DNA of 61,347 nt, filler included, from Sluysia triapertura (Eukaryota): assembly GCA_046118255.1 (NCBI GenBank). It is 4 parts of 4 records of this genome, joined end to end, with 100 filler letters (N's around TTAATTAATTAA, not from the genome) between each part and the next. Parts side by side here need not be neighbours in the genome. Positions count along the whole stretch, not along the records: positions 14,387 to 34,821 come from JBJNIA010022180.1; positions 34,922 to 50,262 come from JBJNIA010230900.1; 2 more parts are not named here. One strand, 5' to 3'. How positions within the stretch are numbered: position 1 is the first letter of the stretch; each line of letters begins with the position of its first letter. A program made the translations under genes and the position numbers. Below, one piece after another: positions 25,423 through 39,149 of this stretch. The notes under the pieces were generated by a model. The model saw only the letters and a list, made by a program, of their open reading frames with translations, did not search any database and had not been told where the DNA came from.

Positions 25423-28400
25423 ACTGAATTATTACAAACATTGCTTAATGTTTATATTTAAAATATAATTTGAAATGTAAACGTCGTATTTTCATTTGAA
25501 ATTTGAATTGATATACTTCGAGAGTAATTACTTGTTATAAAAGTGAGGCACTAATCGTATGAAGAATAATTATCCAAGATATTATGGAGTTATTGTATCA
25601 ATAAAATGCGGATCGGGAAAAAATATAGTTCAAATGATACATACATATGTTGAAAGAATATTTATCAATATTATTTATTTACTGAATTCATGTTTTCATA
25701 GTTGTCAATACATTCTAGTTTAAACTTACTGGAATAAGTTTTGATAATAATTCCCAGAAACAGATAATGAATGACAATGTATTATAACTTCCGTCAATAA
25801 GATCGATGCTCGAAATCAAATCCAAAAGAATCGACAACACGTAATTTCCATAATAAATTTGGGTCCATAATGTTTGATTAAAGAAATAAAATTTTCTTAT
25901 TGTTTTACTATATCTGATGTTCCATTAATAAAAATTGAATTCTATTATATTGCATTACTAATATTTAATGTAATGATACAATTAAGAGAAAAGCAGCAAA
26001 GAGAAGGTATATCTATCATGGTTATCGGTTCAGCTTCTTCCGCACGTGGCCAATAAAGAAGTCTAAGTGAATGAGTGACAAATTTTGTTTTCATTTCTTC
26101 ATCCTTTACTTCTTCATATTTGTGATGCTTAGCATTAATTTATTTTACGTTAAATTACCTAGTCAAATTTTGTTAGTCGTAAATTACAAAAACATTTATA
26201 TTGATAATACCTCCATTTGGACCTTTGGATCCAATTAAATATTATTTATATGCATTTTATTGTTTGGTATTTTTAAATCCACATAACGTTTATGGACAAT
26301 TATTTTGAACCTAATCAAGCTCAATCGGTTGTAGGTTTTGAAAATACGTTTGTGGAAGAAAAATATCTATCTATTATTATCATTTGACAACTCATCATAC
26401 GCATTTGTGGTGTTGTCGATAATCACATTGCATAAGGATATATATCAGAAATTCACAAAATAAATATAAAATAACTCAGGTGAAAGCAATAATAATTAAT
26501 ATGAAACAAATAATAATAAATAATGATAAAATAATAATATTCTACTTATAATTATGACTAAGTGATTTTAGTCACAATATTTATTTAAATACAATTTTAA
26601 ACAAATTTCATAGTTTTAAATTCATAATTCAAATACATATTAATACTGCATTCAATTACAACTCACGTTTAAAATACTTATAATAGTAATTTGTAGGTCG
26701 TTTTTATCTTGGATAATTTTGCTTTATGGAATCGTTTTGTTCGATATTTACGTGCACTGTATGGAAATACATTAGCTGCAGGTCCATTACTTTCATATAA
26801 TTCTAATATCCTTTATTGCACTAGAGCTTGACGTCTTACTAGTTACAGTACAGTAAACATGCATCGAAAGTTTTGTAAGCAAGTGATTTGGAAAAATTAA
26901 ATGCTATTCGATATTTGTGATTCTCAATCAATATGCGATTGTTAAAATCTCGGCAAAATTTACAAAACCATCAAGTGATTATCTTTTAAGTATACTTGTG
27001 TATAAAGCTGGGATAATGCCAACGATTGCAAGCCTGAATCAAACCCAACTTGAATGTGCACCTACTCCAATATTTAGGATTTCATGATGTCAGTCTTGGT
27101 TTCAACTGAACGCAACACAGTCCTTAATAATTTATCATCCATCCAGTAGTATATTTTTTGATCGTGCTCCCTGAATTAAAATTAACAATGTTTTCCTATA
27201 AATGAAAACGAATTTTATTAAAAATTCGACAATACAGTAGTCCATCAATATATAAAATATTACAATATAAAACATTACTCGCCATATTAACCAAAGTACA
27301 CTGAGCATATTACGGATATTCTTCTTTTCATCCACAAGATCAAAAGATATTCTTCTTTTGATCTACAGTAAAATTCAGCCGCATTAATAAAAATTCAAGC
27401 AACAAAAACCTCACTTAACATATTGGTTTGCGTAAATTTAAATAATACAAATAATTAAATAAATTTTATTTATACTTAAGTGATTGAGATATATAAGGAA
27501 CTCTGAGATTTCCAACTAATAATTGGCTTTGATTGTTCACTTCAGATTGTTCATAACCGGTCTCCGTTTTACCAATACAATTTATTGGAGTTTTGTTTGT
27601 TGAATTGTTGATCATTCTTCAGAAAAAGTTTTCGATATGATTTTTAAAATTTGTGTCTTATATTTGTTATTGAATTTTCTTTTCTATTGTTATATTTTGA
27701 TGTAAGGTTTTTTATAAGATAATGAATTTTTGGCATTGTACAACTAATAACTTTGTATATGTTGAATTTAATTTAATTCTTATTTGTTCAACTTCTTCAA
27801 CATCCATTTGTTTTGTGTTATCTATAAACATTATTTATAATCATTGGCTTGGATTGCTCGATCAAATTTAATTTCAATATGATCAATTTCGTTAGTACTT
27901 CTTAAATCGATTCGTTGATATTTGACATTTACGAAAATCACGATTATAATAAAGTATATTTTCTATTTTTTCGGAAATACATTTTGCTTTATCTAATGTG
28001 TATTTTATCATTGATTTTTAGTTGATCTGCTTTCATGTACAGATTCTTTTGGTAATAAATTTCTAAGTATTCTTCAAATTTAGACCCAGTTGGATTTATC
28101 GAGTGTAGCATGATAACGGTTACATAAAGTAAGTTTTTAGTGTAACAATGGTACTGTTAACTATCAGTAATATATCTGAAACTGTATAACAGGTTAACTT
28201 AAAATTAATCAATATAATCAATGAATTCTTTGGTCACCATTTAATTTTCCAATTTAACTAATTTTAAATAAATACTATTTTTATTTAAATTTTTTGTCAT
28301 CTTTTGCATTGTTTTAATTTTTAAACAAAGCTTTTATTGTATATATTAACGTAGGTTGCTAGTAAGTCCTATTAATAATAATAAAACCAGTATAATTAAT

Positions 28401-28487
28401 AATCATTAAATAAATAAAACTAAAATTGTGTAACGTCTGTGGATTGTCATTTTAAATTTATCCCACGTTTTTATCCTTCATTACACG

Positions 28488-29332
28488 GATATTTTCTCTT
28501 TGTAATATTTTTCATCTCTTCTTATAGGCATGCCTTTTACTATATCTGATGCTCCATTAATAGAAATTTATTTATTGGTTTATACTAGAAACATTTCATT
28601 ACTAATATTTAATGTAGTACTAAAATTAATAGAAAAACATCGTAATAAAAATTAACAAACCCGAGAAATTAAAAAGGTTCGTAGTTTTATTACTTGTTAG
28701 ATCATGATTTAACAATTTTTGTGCGTATTAAAATGATCTCGAAAAAACATCCATTTCCAAGTGTTGCTCCTCTTAAATATAAACTCAAATAAAAAAGCAC
28801 TATTTACTTTCAGCTAGACGCATGTAATATAAGCAACATATTCATATTTAAATTAGAATCAATTTACAGTGAGTAAACAAAATATTTTCAATATTTTATT
28901 TTAATATGTTTCTGATAATCATAACATTGAAAGGATACGGCATTCGAATACGATTTCCATGAGCTGAATAATCGATTTGCACACCATTCCACATCCAAAT
29001 GTGTATCCGGTATTACATCATTGTGTAATAATTAGTTTGATACAATATATCACTACAATGTTTATGATGAACTAATAAAATAGACACACTAAAATACAAT
29101 GTGTATGCTTCAAAAATGCAATTAGCTATTTAATAATTGTTGCACATTTTATGCAGTTGAGCTGGATAAACAATGCTCGTGTGATTGGCCAAGTTGAAAC
29201 ATTCGTTACATGTGAAGTAAATACCAATATCAACATGAACTGAGTTGCCAAGCAGGATGTGTCAGTGTTGAGATTTCTGAGTGTTTCCAAATTTTAACAA
29301 TGAATGCTGTCAAATTTACGGGATACAATGAA
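28488..29332. repeat. Recent local duplication, copy 2, with internal deletions
   Basis: Near-identical to 24407-25422, lacking about 170 bp between two ttctgataa repeats. Confidence 0.92.
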
Positions 29333-32210
29333 TCTAAATAATTTAAGATTCACTAGAAATTATTACAAATATTTCGATGTTTTCCAAAATATAAAAAGCT
29401 AAAAATATAACTGAAAATAGATAGTTAATTGTGGTTATTGGAAAATGAATTTTACTACTATTAATTTGTAAATAAATTGAATTAACATTGGTAATGTAAT
29501 GCAAAACGGATATGCAAATAAATTTTGTATTTAATATTAAGTTGCTCGGCCTTTCGGCTTATAAAAACATAGTTGGGATTGGCAGCATAAGTGCAGATAT
29601 AAAATGAATTATAATTTAAATTAATAAAAGAATTTTCAGTTGTCCTCTTTTTATTACGTGTAAAATATATTTCGATTTGTACTAAATGCGTGTAAAACTT
29701 CTATTGGTTGGTTTGACGTTGGATAATGTATCCAATAAATATTGACGTACTTTATCAAGTTAAAATCATTACATCACTTAAATTAGCACCTGTGGTATTA
29801 TTTTGTGTTGCATCATCATTATCGTTATTGCTTTGGACATTAGATACATTAGTATACAGATTGAAGAAATATCTTAAGTTTCTCAAGTAGTAAGATTTTT
29901 CATCTAATACTCAATTAATTGAAATTTAGTTCTATTACATTACTAATTATTACATCATAATAACAATTAGCAAACCCGAGAAATTAAAAAGGTTCGTAGT
30001 TTTATTAATTTATTAATTGCTAGATAATGATTAATTAATCGATTTTGTGCGTATTACAATAAAACAATACTATTTACTTGGCGCAGATTAAAAATCACAT
30101 TTTCTTCCTAAAAAAACATCTCCATTTGCTTTTATGAATAACGTGATATTTAAAAGAAATACAAAGGCAGTAATGCAAAGTTGTAGAATAATTACTATTT
30201 ACTTATTTGGCCGTAGATTAATAATTACATTTTCTTCTTAAAAAAAATCTATATTGGCTTTCATCAACCACTTTATATTTGCTTTTTGATTAAGTCATTT
30301 TAATTTTATGTTTATTAATAGGTATTATTTACACATTTTTCATTTGATAAATTATTTAATTTTGAAAATACTAAAAATATTTAATATCGCAAAATATTTA
30401 CCATATTCTTCGTACACTTCAAAATAAATTGTATGTGGCTTTGTAATTGTATCACGCCAATATGAAACACAATAGAATCACTTTCATTTTTCTTATCAAA
30501 AGGCATCTTGAATTTAGCATGAAGATCATCAACATATGTTACAACTTTATTACCGATTACGTGACCTTCATTTATTTCTTTCTTGAGCCACGTATTACAA
30601 ACATGTTTATTTAAATTTGTAATCAATATTCAATTCGTATTGACTAAAATATTTTATTTTGCCTTTCTTTACTAATACCTGTAGCTGGTGTATTAGTATT
30701 ACTCGTGCAGCACTAGAGTAACTATAGAAGCAACATTTTCTGTTTCCAATTTTTTAAATGAAAATTTTACGTATTTTATGCTTATTTAAACAAATCAAAC
30801 TAGAATACCCAATTCCAAATTATTTTATAACATTATAAAATTTAACTAGACAAAAAATTAGTCATAGCAATTTCGTAATAATGATACAAATATTAATAAT
30901 TATTTATATAACAACAATAATAATGGTAATAATTCTTTCATAGGCTTTTTTAATATTTTTCAATATATAATAAATAATATACAGAGTTGGTAATTTCTTA
31001 GCATTTTCAACTTAAATTAAAATATTTCTATATAATATGCAATATGAATTACTTGGAACACGTATAGTCGAGTAACTTTAATTATTTATTTCGCATAATA
31101 TTCATTCGATGAAAGGAATCGATTATATTTTTACTGTTTGATTGTAATTGCGTAATTGTTTTAATAAATTTATTGACTAATTGCGGAAAGCCATTAATAG
31201 GTTCAATAATCATAAACACAATTGTAAACAAATTTCAGCACAATCCAAAATATTTCTCAAACAAAATCTTAAACAAACTTCAACACAGTCAAACGCAAAA
31301 GTATCAAATCAACACATAACATTCATAAAACAGAAAGAATCTTCACACTACAGAGCAAAGAAAATTTGATTTTAAAAAAATAAAGTTTTAATATATTTTT
31401 ATTTATGTGCTTTCTATTCATGAGTCCTCTATGACACCGGGATTACGCACTAAGGGCCGATGAATAGATATCAGCGCCTAAAAGAAAGCAAATGTTGGAG
31501 GTTGAAGAATAGTTGTTGATTGATTTTAATCTTTTGCTAATTATTGAACTTTTACTTATTTTCTATAGTTTATGTTTGATCTAAATAGATCTCAAATTGA
31601 ATTTAAAAGTAGCTATTATAAGAAAATTAAATTTTGACTATTAAATTTATAGCTACATAATTTAATTGCGCTCATTAAAAAATTTTAATTTCTTTGAAAT
31701 GTTGAATATTATAAGGATTTAACGTGTGTTACTTTCTTATGTTTTGTGAAAGTTAATCATTTTTAATTTACAAAAACTTTCTTACTAATACACTATAGAT
31801 AACAACTTAGTTAAAAGATAAGCAGAAATTCAATTAAATTCTGCAATTAATTCTACAAATACTAATGCCCTATTAACTCAATAAATATAAAATCAGAAAC
31901 ACTATATTATTATAAAAAGATAGTTATAATAGTTAATAATCAATTTAATTATTATTATTTTTTAATAATACTTTATCTTTATAGTTTGTATGATTGTGAT
32001 TAATTTATACTGATTTAGGATAAACAAATTTATTTTACTAAAATTTATTTTTGCAATATTTTTATTTAAATATTTAATTTTTTTATTATTTTATTTTATA
32101 AATTTTACAAATTAATTCTTTACATTAAAATTTTATTTTAAAATAGTTACAAAAATACTTACATTAAATTCAATTAATCAGTAATATTAGATACAAATGA
32201 TCAATAATAA

Positions 32211-33475
32211 TGTTGGGATTCATAAATATTTGATAGGAAATTAGGGAGAAACATATAGAGCTATAAAATGAAGAGAGAACTGGTAGAAATTGATGGATTG
32301 AACATTATAAACATTGTCGAAATTAGAATCATGAAAATAAAAACATTTATAATAATTACAGCAGCTGAAGAATACCTTGACATTCCAAAGAACTATATAA
32401 GGTATCGAGACCTTTTGGAAGTTTGAAATAGACGTGAAAAAACTTTGATGGTATTAGAGTACTATTGATTTTGTGGACCTTGAGATCATGTGAGGCATTC
32501 TTGAAACCTTGATAATAATCGAAGATCTTCGAGTAACCTTATAGAGTATTTAAAATCTTTAAAAATGTAAAGAAAAAAATCAATGTTTAAAATAATAAAG
32601 ATAGGTTAAATATGGTAATAATTAACATAAAAACGTAGAAAAAGGAATCAGAGAGGTGAAGGTGAAAACATCTAGAGCCTTGAAACTTGACAAAACCTTT
32701 AAATATAAAATAAAATTAAGTCTAAAAATAGATTAATTAATTAAACATCTTAATTAACTTAATTAAGAAAAAGTACATTTTTGTGAATAACTTTTGAATG
32801 CGGAATTCTATGTTAAATTTGATACAATGTATGTATTTGTTTTGAAAAGACCTTTCGGTGAAGGTATGGTTTGACCGAGTCAAATTTTAATTAATTTTTA
32901 ATTATGGAATGCTGAATTTTTAATACTTAGAGTGATGCAAATGTAATGAATGAAATATGAGGTGATTCTATGAAAGAGGATAATCTATAAATGAGTTTGA
33001 AATGTTTGTTGAATGGTTAATTTGAGAATAAGAACCCTAAAACATTTTCATTAGAAAACTAGGTGTGAAAAATCGAATATCAATTTAATCCTAAAAAGTG
33101 AAATTAAATTCATTATTTTTTGTACGTTAATAATATTATTGATCTTTATTTATTTTAATGTGAAAAGTAATTTAAGTAAAAATAGATTGAGTAGAGTAAA
33201 ATGAAATGATGGTTGATAATAAATCAAGTTTCTAAGTTTTGTACTTAATGAAGTTTGACTGACCGTACCATATAATTGTCAAAGTTGTTAATGTCGGTTT
33301 AATTCTCAAAGAGGTTTTGATGATTTGTGTGAGATAGTGTTTGATTGTGAGACTTGGGATTGATTGGATAATGAAGGAGTATAAAATAAAAATTTTTAAA
33401 AATTTATAACGCAATAACAATAATTACACATTCATACAATCCTACTGGCATTGAAGATCCATGTATATGGTAATA
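32211..33475. repeat. Solo-LTR-like dispersed repeat, family A copy 1
   Basis: Colinear with 36392-37696 (tgttgggatt start; cagctgaagaatacctt; aaaaggaatcagag; aaaataaaattaagtctaaaaat). Confidence 0.75.
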
Positions 33476-34531
33476 TTTTTATTATTTTAAATAAAATAAA
33501 ATAAATAAATAAGTTATTTTGAGAAGTATGTCAAGAATAGTCTTGTGGGGACACCCAGCACAATTTATTTTATTTTGAATTAATCATTTTATTTTTAGCA
33601 ATTTTAAGTCAACTTTCTGGGAGAACCCCTGCCCAGTTTATTATTAAAATATTTTCAATTAATTATTTGATTTTTTGCGATTTTAAGTTAAAATCATTAC
33701 TATTTTAAACTTTCTGGATAATGATATTTTTTTAGTTGCGTCAATCCTGGTTTCTTTAATTAGATTGTAGTATCCTTAATATTATTATAAACGCTATTGT
33801 AATTTTAGTCATTTTTAGTATTGTTTAGTGGAGATTCATAATAATAATAATAATTTTATTTTTTAATTTGTACTTTTATTTTTTATTTAATAGTGAATTA
33901 TTGAATTGTTGTTATTGATTTTAATTTTGAGGGGAATAACTATTATTATCAAAGTAAGAGACTTACTGAAAAATTATACTTGATATAGTGACTACTTAAA
34001 TTATTAAGATTCTTTTTAAGCTAAATAAGATAATATTGATTTATCGTAGCTAATAATTTTCAAAAGACACAACATATATTGCTTAGGAGATTAAAGATTG
34101 GAAAAAAGGAAATAATTACTGTGGCGAACCCTAGTCGTAAACACAACTAAAAGATAACATCAACACAAACTAACACATCTTCCTTAAAATAAAATCTTAG
34201 ATAAACTTCAACACAACCTTAAACAAAATATCAAATCATCAAACAATATAAATAAAATACAAACTCAATTTTCATAATATAATACACATTTTTACCATGA
34301 AAATTTAACACTGTTTTTGACATTATTTTTGTTATTTTGTTGTCTCTTATGAACTATTATTATTGTGCAATTTTCATAATGTACTTGAATTTATATACGT
34401 GTTTTATGCATAATTTGACAGATATTCCTTAACTGTTAACATTATTTCAAATGTTTTCATTTTCATGATTCTTATTCCAACAATGTTTATAAAGTTCAAT
34501 CCATCACTTTGTATCAGTTCTTCCTTAATTT

Positions 34532-34595
34532 TGTTAGACTTCATAAAATGTACTGACCGGGGATCGAACCTGAGACCTCTAGCTGCGCTGTTCGA
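34532..34595 (-). mobile_element. tRNA-derived repeat, 3' half
   Basis: tgttagacttcataaaatgtactgaccggggatcgaacc. Confidence 0.75.
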
Positions 34596-34821
34596 CGAAT
34601 TGAATTTAAAACATTTATTTTAAAACAAAAACAAGTACGTACATAATCAAATAACATTGTTGTGTTTCTTCTTTTATTAATATCCCTCTTTAATAACTAA
34701 AAATCAATTATACAATTTTATGTAACAATTATACAAATTAAATCTTATATCACAAATCTTTATATCACAATTATAATTATATAAATCAAACCTTTTGTAT
34801 AGTTAATCAAATTCCCTAATA

Positions 34822-34921
34822 NNNNNNNNNNNNNNNNNNNNNNNNNNNNNNNNNNNNNNNNNNNNTTAATTAATTAANNNNNNNNNNNNNNNNNNNNNNN
34901 NNNNNNNNNNNNNNNNNNNNN
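34822..34921. other. Assembly gap with TTAATTAATTAA linker
   Basis: 100-nt N44-linker-N44 block. Confidence 0.99.
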
Positions 34922-35330
34922 TGGTTATAATTTGTCTTTAAAGAATAATTTACCTTTTTATAAAGAATAATTTGTATTGTTATTGTTATAAAGAATAACT
35001 TGTATTGTCATAATTTATATCTTCTAGTTGTAGTTTTGTGATAATATAACGAATATATCGAGATTTTGAGTTTATTTAGTTATTGAGTTATAATCTAATA
35101 ATCTGGGAAAATAAAAGTGATAAAAGACACAACAAAGGAAATACAGTAGGTCAGCTTCTAGCATAAGTTGTACATATTTACTTCTAGTAGTGCTTTTAGT
35201 TATTTTTTACAAATGACATTTTTTCATATTTTTTCTGTTGTATTGTTTTATTCTATTCCTTATTTATATAATATTTTTGTTTTTTTGTATAAAATAATCC
35301 TTTTAATTAACATTATTTTATTTTTTTTAT
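34922..35330 (-). repeat. 5' part of a further hairpin-array element copy, cut by the assembly gap
   Basis: Reverse complement tgtcttttatcacttttatt...aactcaataactaaataaactcaaaatctcgatatatt matches 13084-13158. Confidence 0.55.
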
Positions 35331-36391
35331 GTGTCAGTCGTAAAAATATATTTCTAGAGTACCAGTTCATACGATTCTCGAGAAAAAAAGAGCGAGCCCC
35401 TTGTTAAAAATTTTACAGCTTACCACTGATTATAAGTATTAAAAGAATACGTCATGTCAGATATCTTGATAATAAAAAATAGACTTCAAAGTAAAGATGA
35501 TCTATAGCCATCATGTATTAGAAATTTTATCTTTACTTAAATTGAGAAAAAGCTAAATAAAACATCTACAGACAGAGACATTCATAAACATAACGTAATA
35601 AGGTTTTTCAATAGTCGCCTTTGTTTTGTCTGCTGCGTATTGATTCTTAATTAAAATAATTTCTTCCTGATATTGCATTTTTCTATGTTTCTGGTTTAAG
35701 TTTTCACTTTCAATCAAAGTTTTATTGGTATCCTGGCCATTTTCTGAATGCAGATTTTGATCTTTTTTACATAAATTATATTAATTCAATGAGTTCAGAA
35801 AAACGTATATATCAAGTCATCGGAAGTTTCACTTGGAGGTTAAGATAAAGCTTCAAGTGCTCACCAAGAATGTTTTGCGGAGAATTAATAGGTTAGACGA
35901 ACAGGAACTCTATTGACAATGTGTTTCAAATTATATTAGGTTATTCCCACGATGAGATAATAATAAACACTTTACGAATACTCTTTGGATGGCATGAATA
36001 TATATTAACTTTAATAAGTACCAATTTAATTTAGTCTGTTTCATCTGACATTTCGTTCGAGGAAAACAGACTATGAAACTTTTGTACCCTATTCCCCCAA
36101 AGTCGATTGTATGCGTTCTGCCTCAGATATTACTAGTTAGTACTAGATTAAAGTATACTATCTTCTTACCTAGCTTTTACTTTAGATAAATAACTGCCTT
36201 CTTATTTTTTTATTTATCTTTCTGAGTTTCGTGCGGTCCCAACTTATATTCCAGCAAGTAAATCTATTCCTCGACCAGATGCCAAACCCTTCATCCGACG
36301 TGAGTGGTTCTCTGCAGTGTATTCATCGAAAATTCTCATCTAAAACAGTCGATTTGGATAAAAATGATAACGGTAACTGATAAATATTTAT

Positions 36392-37696
36392 TGTTGGGAT
36401 TACTCAGCTGGTGAATGGAAAAGAATGAATGAAATGTGAAATTGGAGAATAGAACATTATAAATAATGTTAGAGTAAGAATGATGAAGATGGAAACAATT
36501 ATGGTTATTTTAACAGCTGAAGAATACCTTTGAGTTTCAAAGACCTTCATGGGGTATTGAGACCTTGTGGAAGTTTGAGATTGGTTTGGAAAACCTTTGA
36601 ATTTGTGAACCTTTAGATCATTTAAGACCTTATTAATCTTCAATCTCTCGATAAGTATTTAAGACCTTTGAGTAAACTTATAAATTAGCTGACATCTATA
36701 AGATACTTGAGAAATAAAATCATTGTTGCTAATATCAAAGATAAGTTTGATATGGTATAATCAATATAAATAAGTAGAAAAAAGGAATCAGAGCATTGAA
36801 GATGAAAACATCTAAAGCCTCCTGAATGCCTTAATAAAACGTTTAAACATAAAATAAAATTAAGTCTAAAAATCTTAATTAAGAAAAAGTACGTTTTTGT
36901 GAATAACATTGAATGCTGACTGCTATATTAAATTTAATACTCTGCATTCATTTATTTTAAAGACCTTTCCATGAAGCTATAGTTTGACTGAGTTCATGAA
37001 AAGAAAGCCTTAATATTGAGCAAAATCAAATTTTAATTAATTCTTAATTATGGAATGTTAAGGTGCAGGCCTACAAGTGCCATTTGGAATAAAGATAGTA
37101 TAATTCACTATAATAATCTAAAATTGGTAGAAGAGGCTGATGGCTCAGTGAAGTAAGAGGGTCCGGGTTCGAATCCCGGCCAGTCCATTTACTGAAGTCT
37201 AACACTTAGAATGAGGAAAAGATAATAAATTGAAAATGAGATGATTGCTATGAAAAAGGAGAATCTAAAGGTAAGCTTGAAATGTCTGTAGAGTGGTTTG
37301 GAAATACCAACCTCAGGTGTGAAAAACTTAAAATCAAATAAATTAAAACTAAAATTAAATTCATAATTTTTGTGTCTGTTAGCAATATTGGTGATTGTTA
37401 CTTTGATGTGAGAAGTAATTTAAGTAAAAATAGATCGAGTAGAGTAAAAGAAAATAATAGATGATCATAAATCAATTTTCTTCGTTCCATACTTGGAAAA
37501 GTTTGACAGATAGTACCGCGTCAAAGTTATTATTAATTCCTAAATAATGTTGCGATTATTTGTATGAGAGTGTTTGACTGTAAAACTCAAAATGTATAAA
37601 AAGAAATACTTAAGAATTTTAAGTCAGAAGAAAACAATAAGCAATGAGAAGATCAATGTCAGACAAAATTCGTGAAGATTCATGCCTGTGATAACA
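36392..37696. repeat. Solo-LTR-like dispersed repeat, family A copy 2, carrying a nested tRNA-core element
   Basis: TGTT...AACA termini; colinear with 32211-33475. Confidence 0.75.
37056..37204 (+). mobile_element. tRNA-derived repeat copy inserted in repeat family A
   Basis: tgttaaggtgcaggcc...ggctgatggctcagtg...gggttcgaatcccggccagtcca...gaagtctaaca; absent from the paralogous site at about 32910. Confidence 0.8.
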
Positions 37697-38502
37697 TTTT
37701 TGTTTATTATTAATTTACCTTTTTTGGGCTTATAATATTTATTTATTTTTTGGGAATACCACTTGTTTTTTTTAAAAATCACTTTTTTGGGAATTCTATC
37801 TCGTTAAAGATTATTTTTAGGAGAATTACCATTTTTGTTCAATAAAAATTATTTTTTGGGAGTTCTACTTTAATAATAGATTTTAAGAACCCTCCTGGAA
37901 AATAGGAATTAAATAGCGCACCCTTGGTTGCTGTAAATTTTGTTAATTATCATATGATTTATTGAGAGCTAATAATTTTTCATTGGGTATTTAGTAAATT
38001 TTTTGCTAGTTTTAATAATAACTTACTGTTGGATTTTTCATTAGTTTGAATACATTTGAAGTTATATCTTTTTGATTTAAATAAGTATCATTGTAAAAAT
38101 AAAAACTGAGTGTAGCAATTTGTATTTGATTTTGTAATTATTAAATTATTGAGTTATTGTTATTAATTTAAATTGAATGACGCGACATTTTGGTTTCAAT
38201 AAATATCATTGTTAAAATGAGAAAAATTGTGATAATTTTTATTTGATTTTGTAATTATTAAATTTATTGAAATTCTCCAAACTAAATCGATTTGTTACTT
38301 CTTTTTGTCACTAATATTATCATTATGTACATAATTATTAATGTAATTATATTGACATACTTTTCATTTTATTATTATTGTCTCTATTATTTTGACAAAT
38401 TTTAAATTTGTGGACAAGAAATTTCTGGTTGGAGGAGACCTCTTAAAATATAATAAAAATAAAACAAATAAATTAATTATAACAATAAAATGATAATAAT
38501 AG

Positions 38503-39145
38503 TGTGGTGGCCAACCTATTACTTTTAATAAATTTTATTAAAATTTTTCGTTGGAACACAACAAAACCATATTCACTTTCAAAATCCACAATCTACATTT
38601 TAAAAACTAATAAAAACATTTTTATACATAGATTCATATCAACATAATCAAAATCATGTTTTTCAATATCGCATATTTTTAGAATGCGCCAAAATCTAAA
38701 CTGTAATTTATCTTCTTTACATCCACTAAACCACACTCTTTTCAATATATTTGCAAGTCACAGTCTTCTAAAGTCCAAACTTTATCTTATTCAAAAACAG
38801 CAAATAATATTTAAAAATTCACATAAAATACTTTCAGTTCTTACCTTACAACATTAAAATTATTATCAAGTTTATATTTCTTTAACCTTTATTTATCCGG
38901 AGAGTTTCAAATATGTTGAGATTAAATACAAGAATTAGAAAGAAAGTTTGTGTTAAATTTCAAAAGGTTTATGTATTTTAGATATTTTTATTACTTTTAT
39001 TATTATTATTTTATCCATTTATTTATTTTAATCATTATTATTGTTTTATCACCTTTATCTATCAAATCATACCCTGTCACCAGTCCACAGTTTGATTTAC
39101 ATACATTTTGACATTCATCAGGAACAGTGAACTGTTGACAGTTGC
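38503..39145. repeat. Dispersed repeat family B copy 1
   Basis: Starts TGTGGTGGCCAACC and ends in the ctgtcaccagtc...aactgt...gacagtt inverted repeat, as does 47165-48100. Confidence 0.6.
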
Positions 39146-39149
39146 AAAG

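Noticed and set aside
26690-27400. Coding-like minus-strand stretch with hydrophobic segments
   Set aside because: Multiple stops and no recognisable family; cannot be supported
30381-30626. YVDD motif in a short ORF, suggesting reverse transcriptase
   Set aside because: No other RT motifs in the flanking frames
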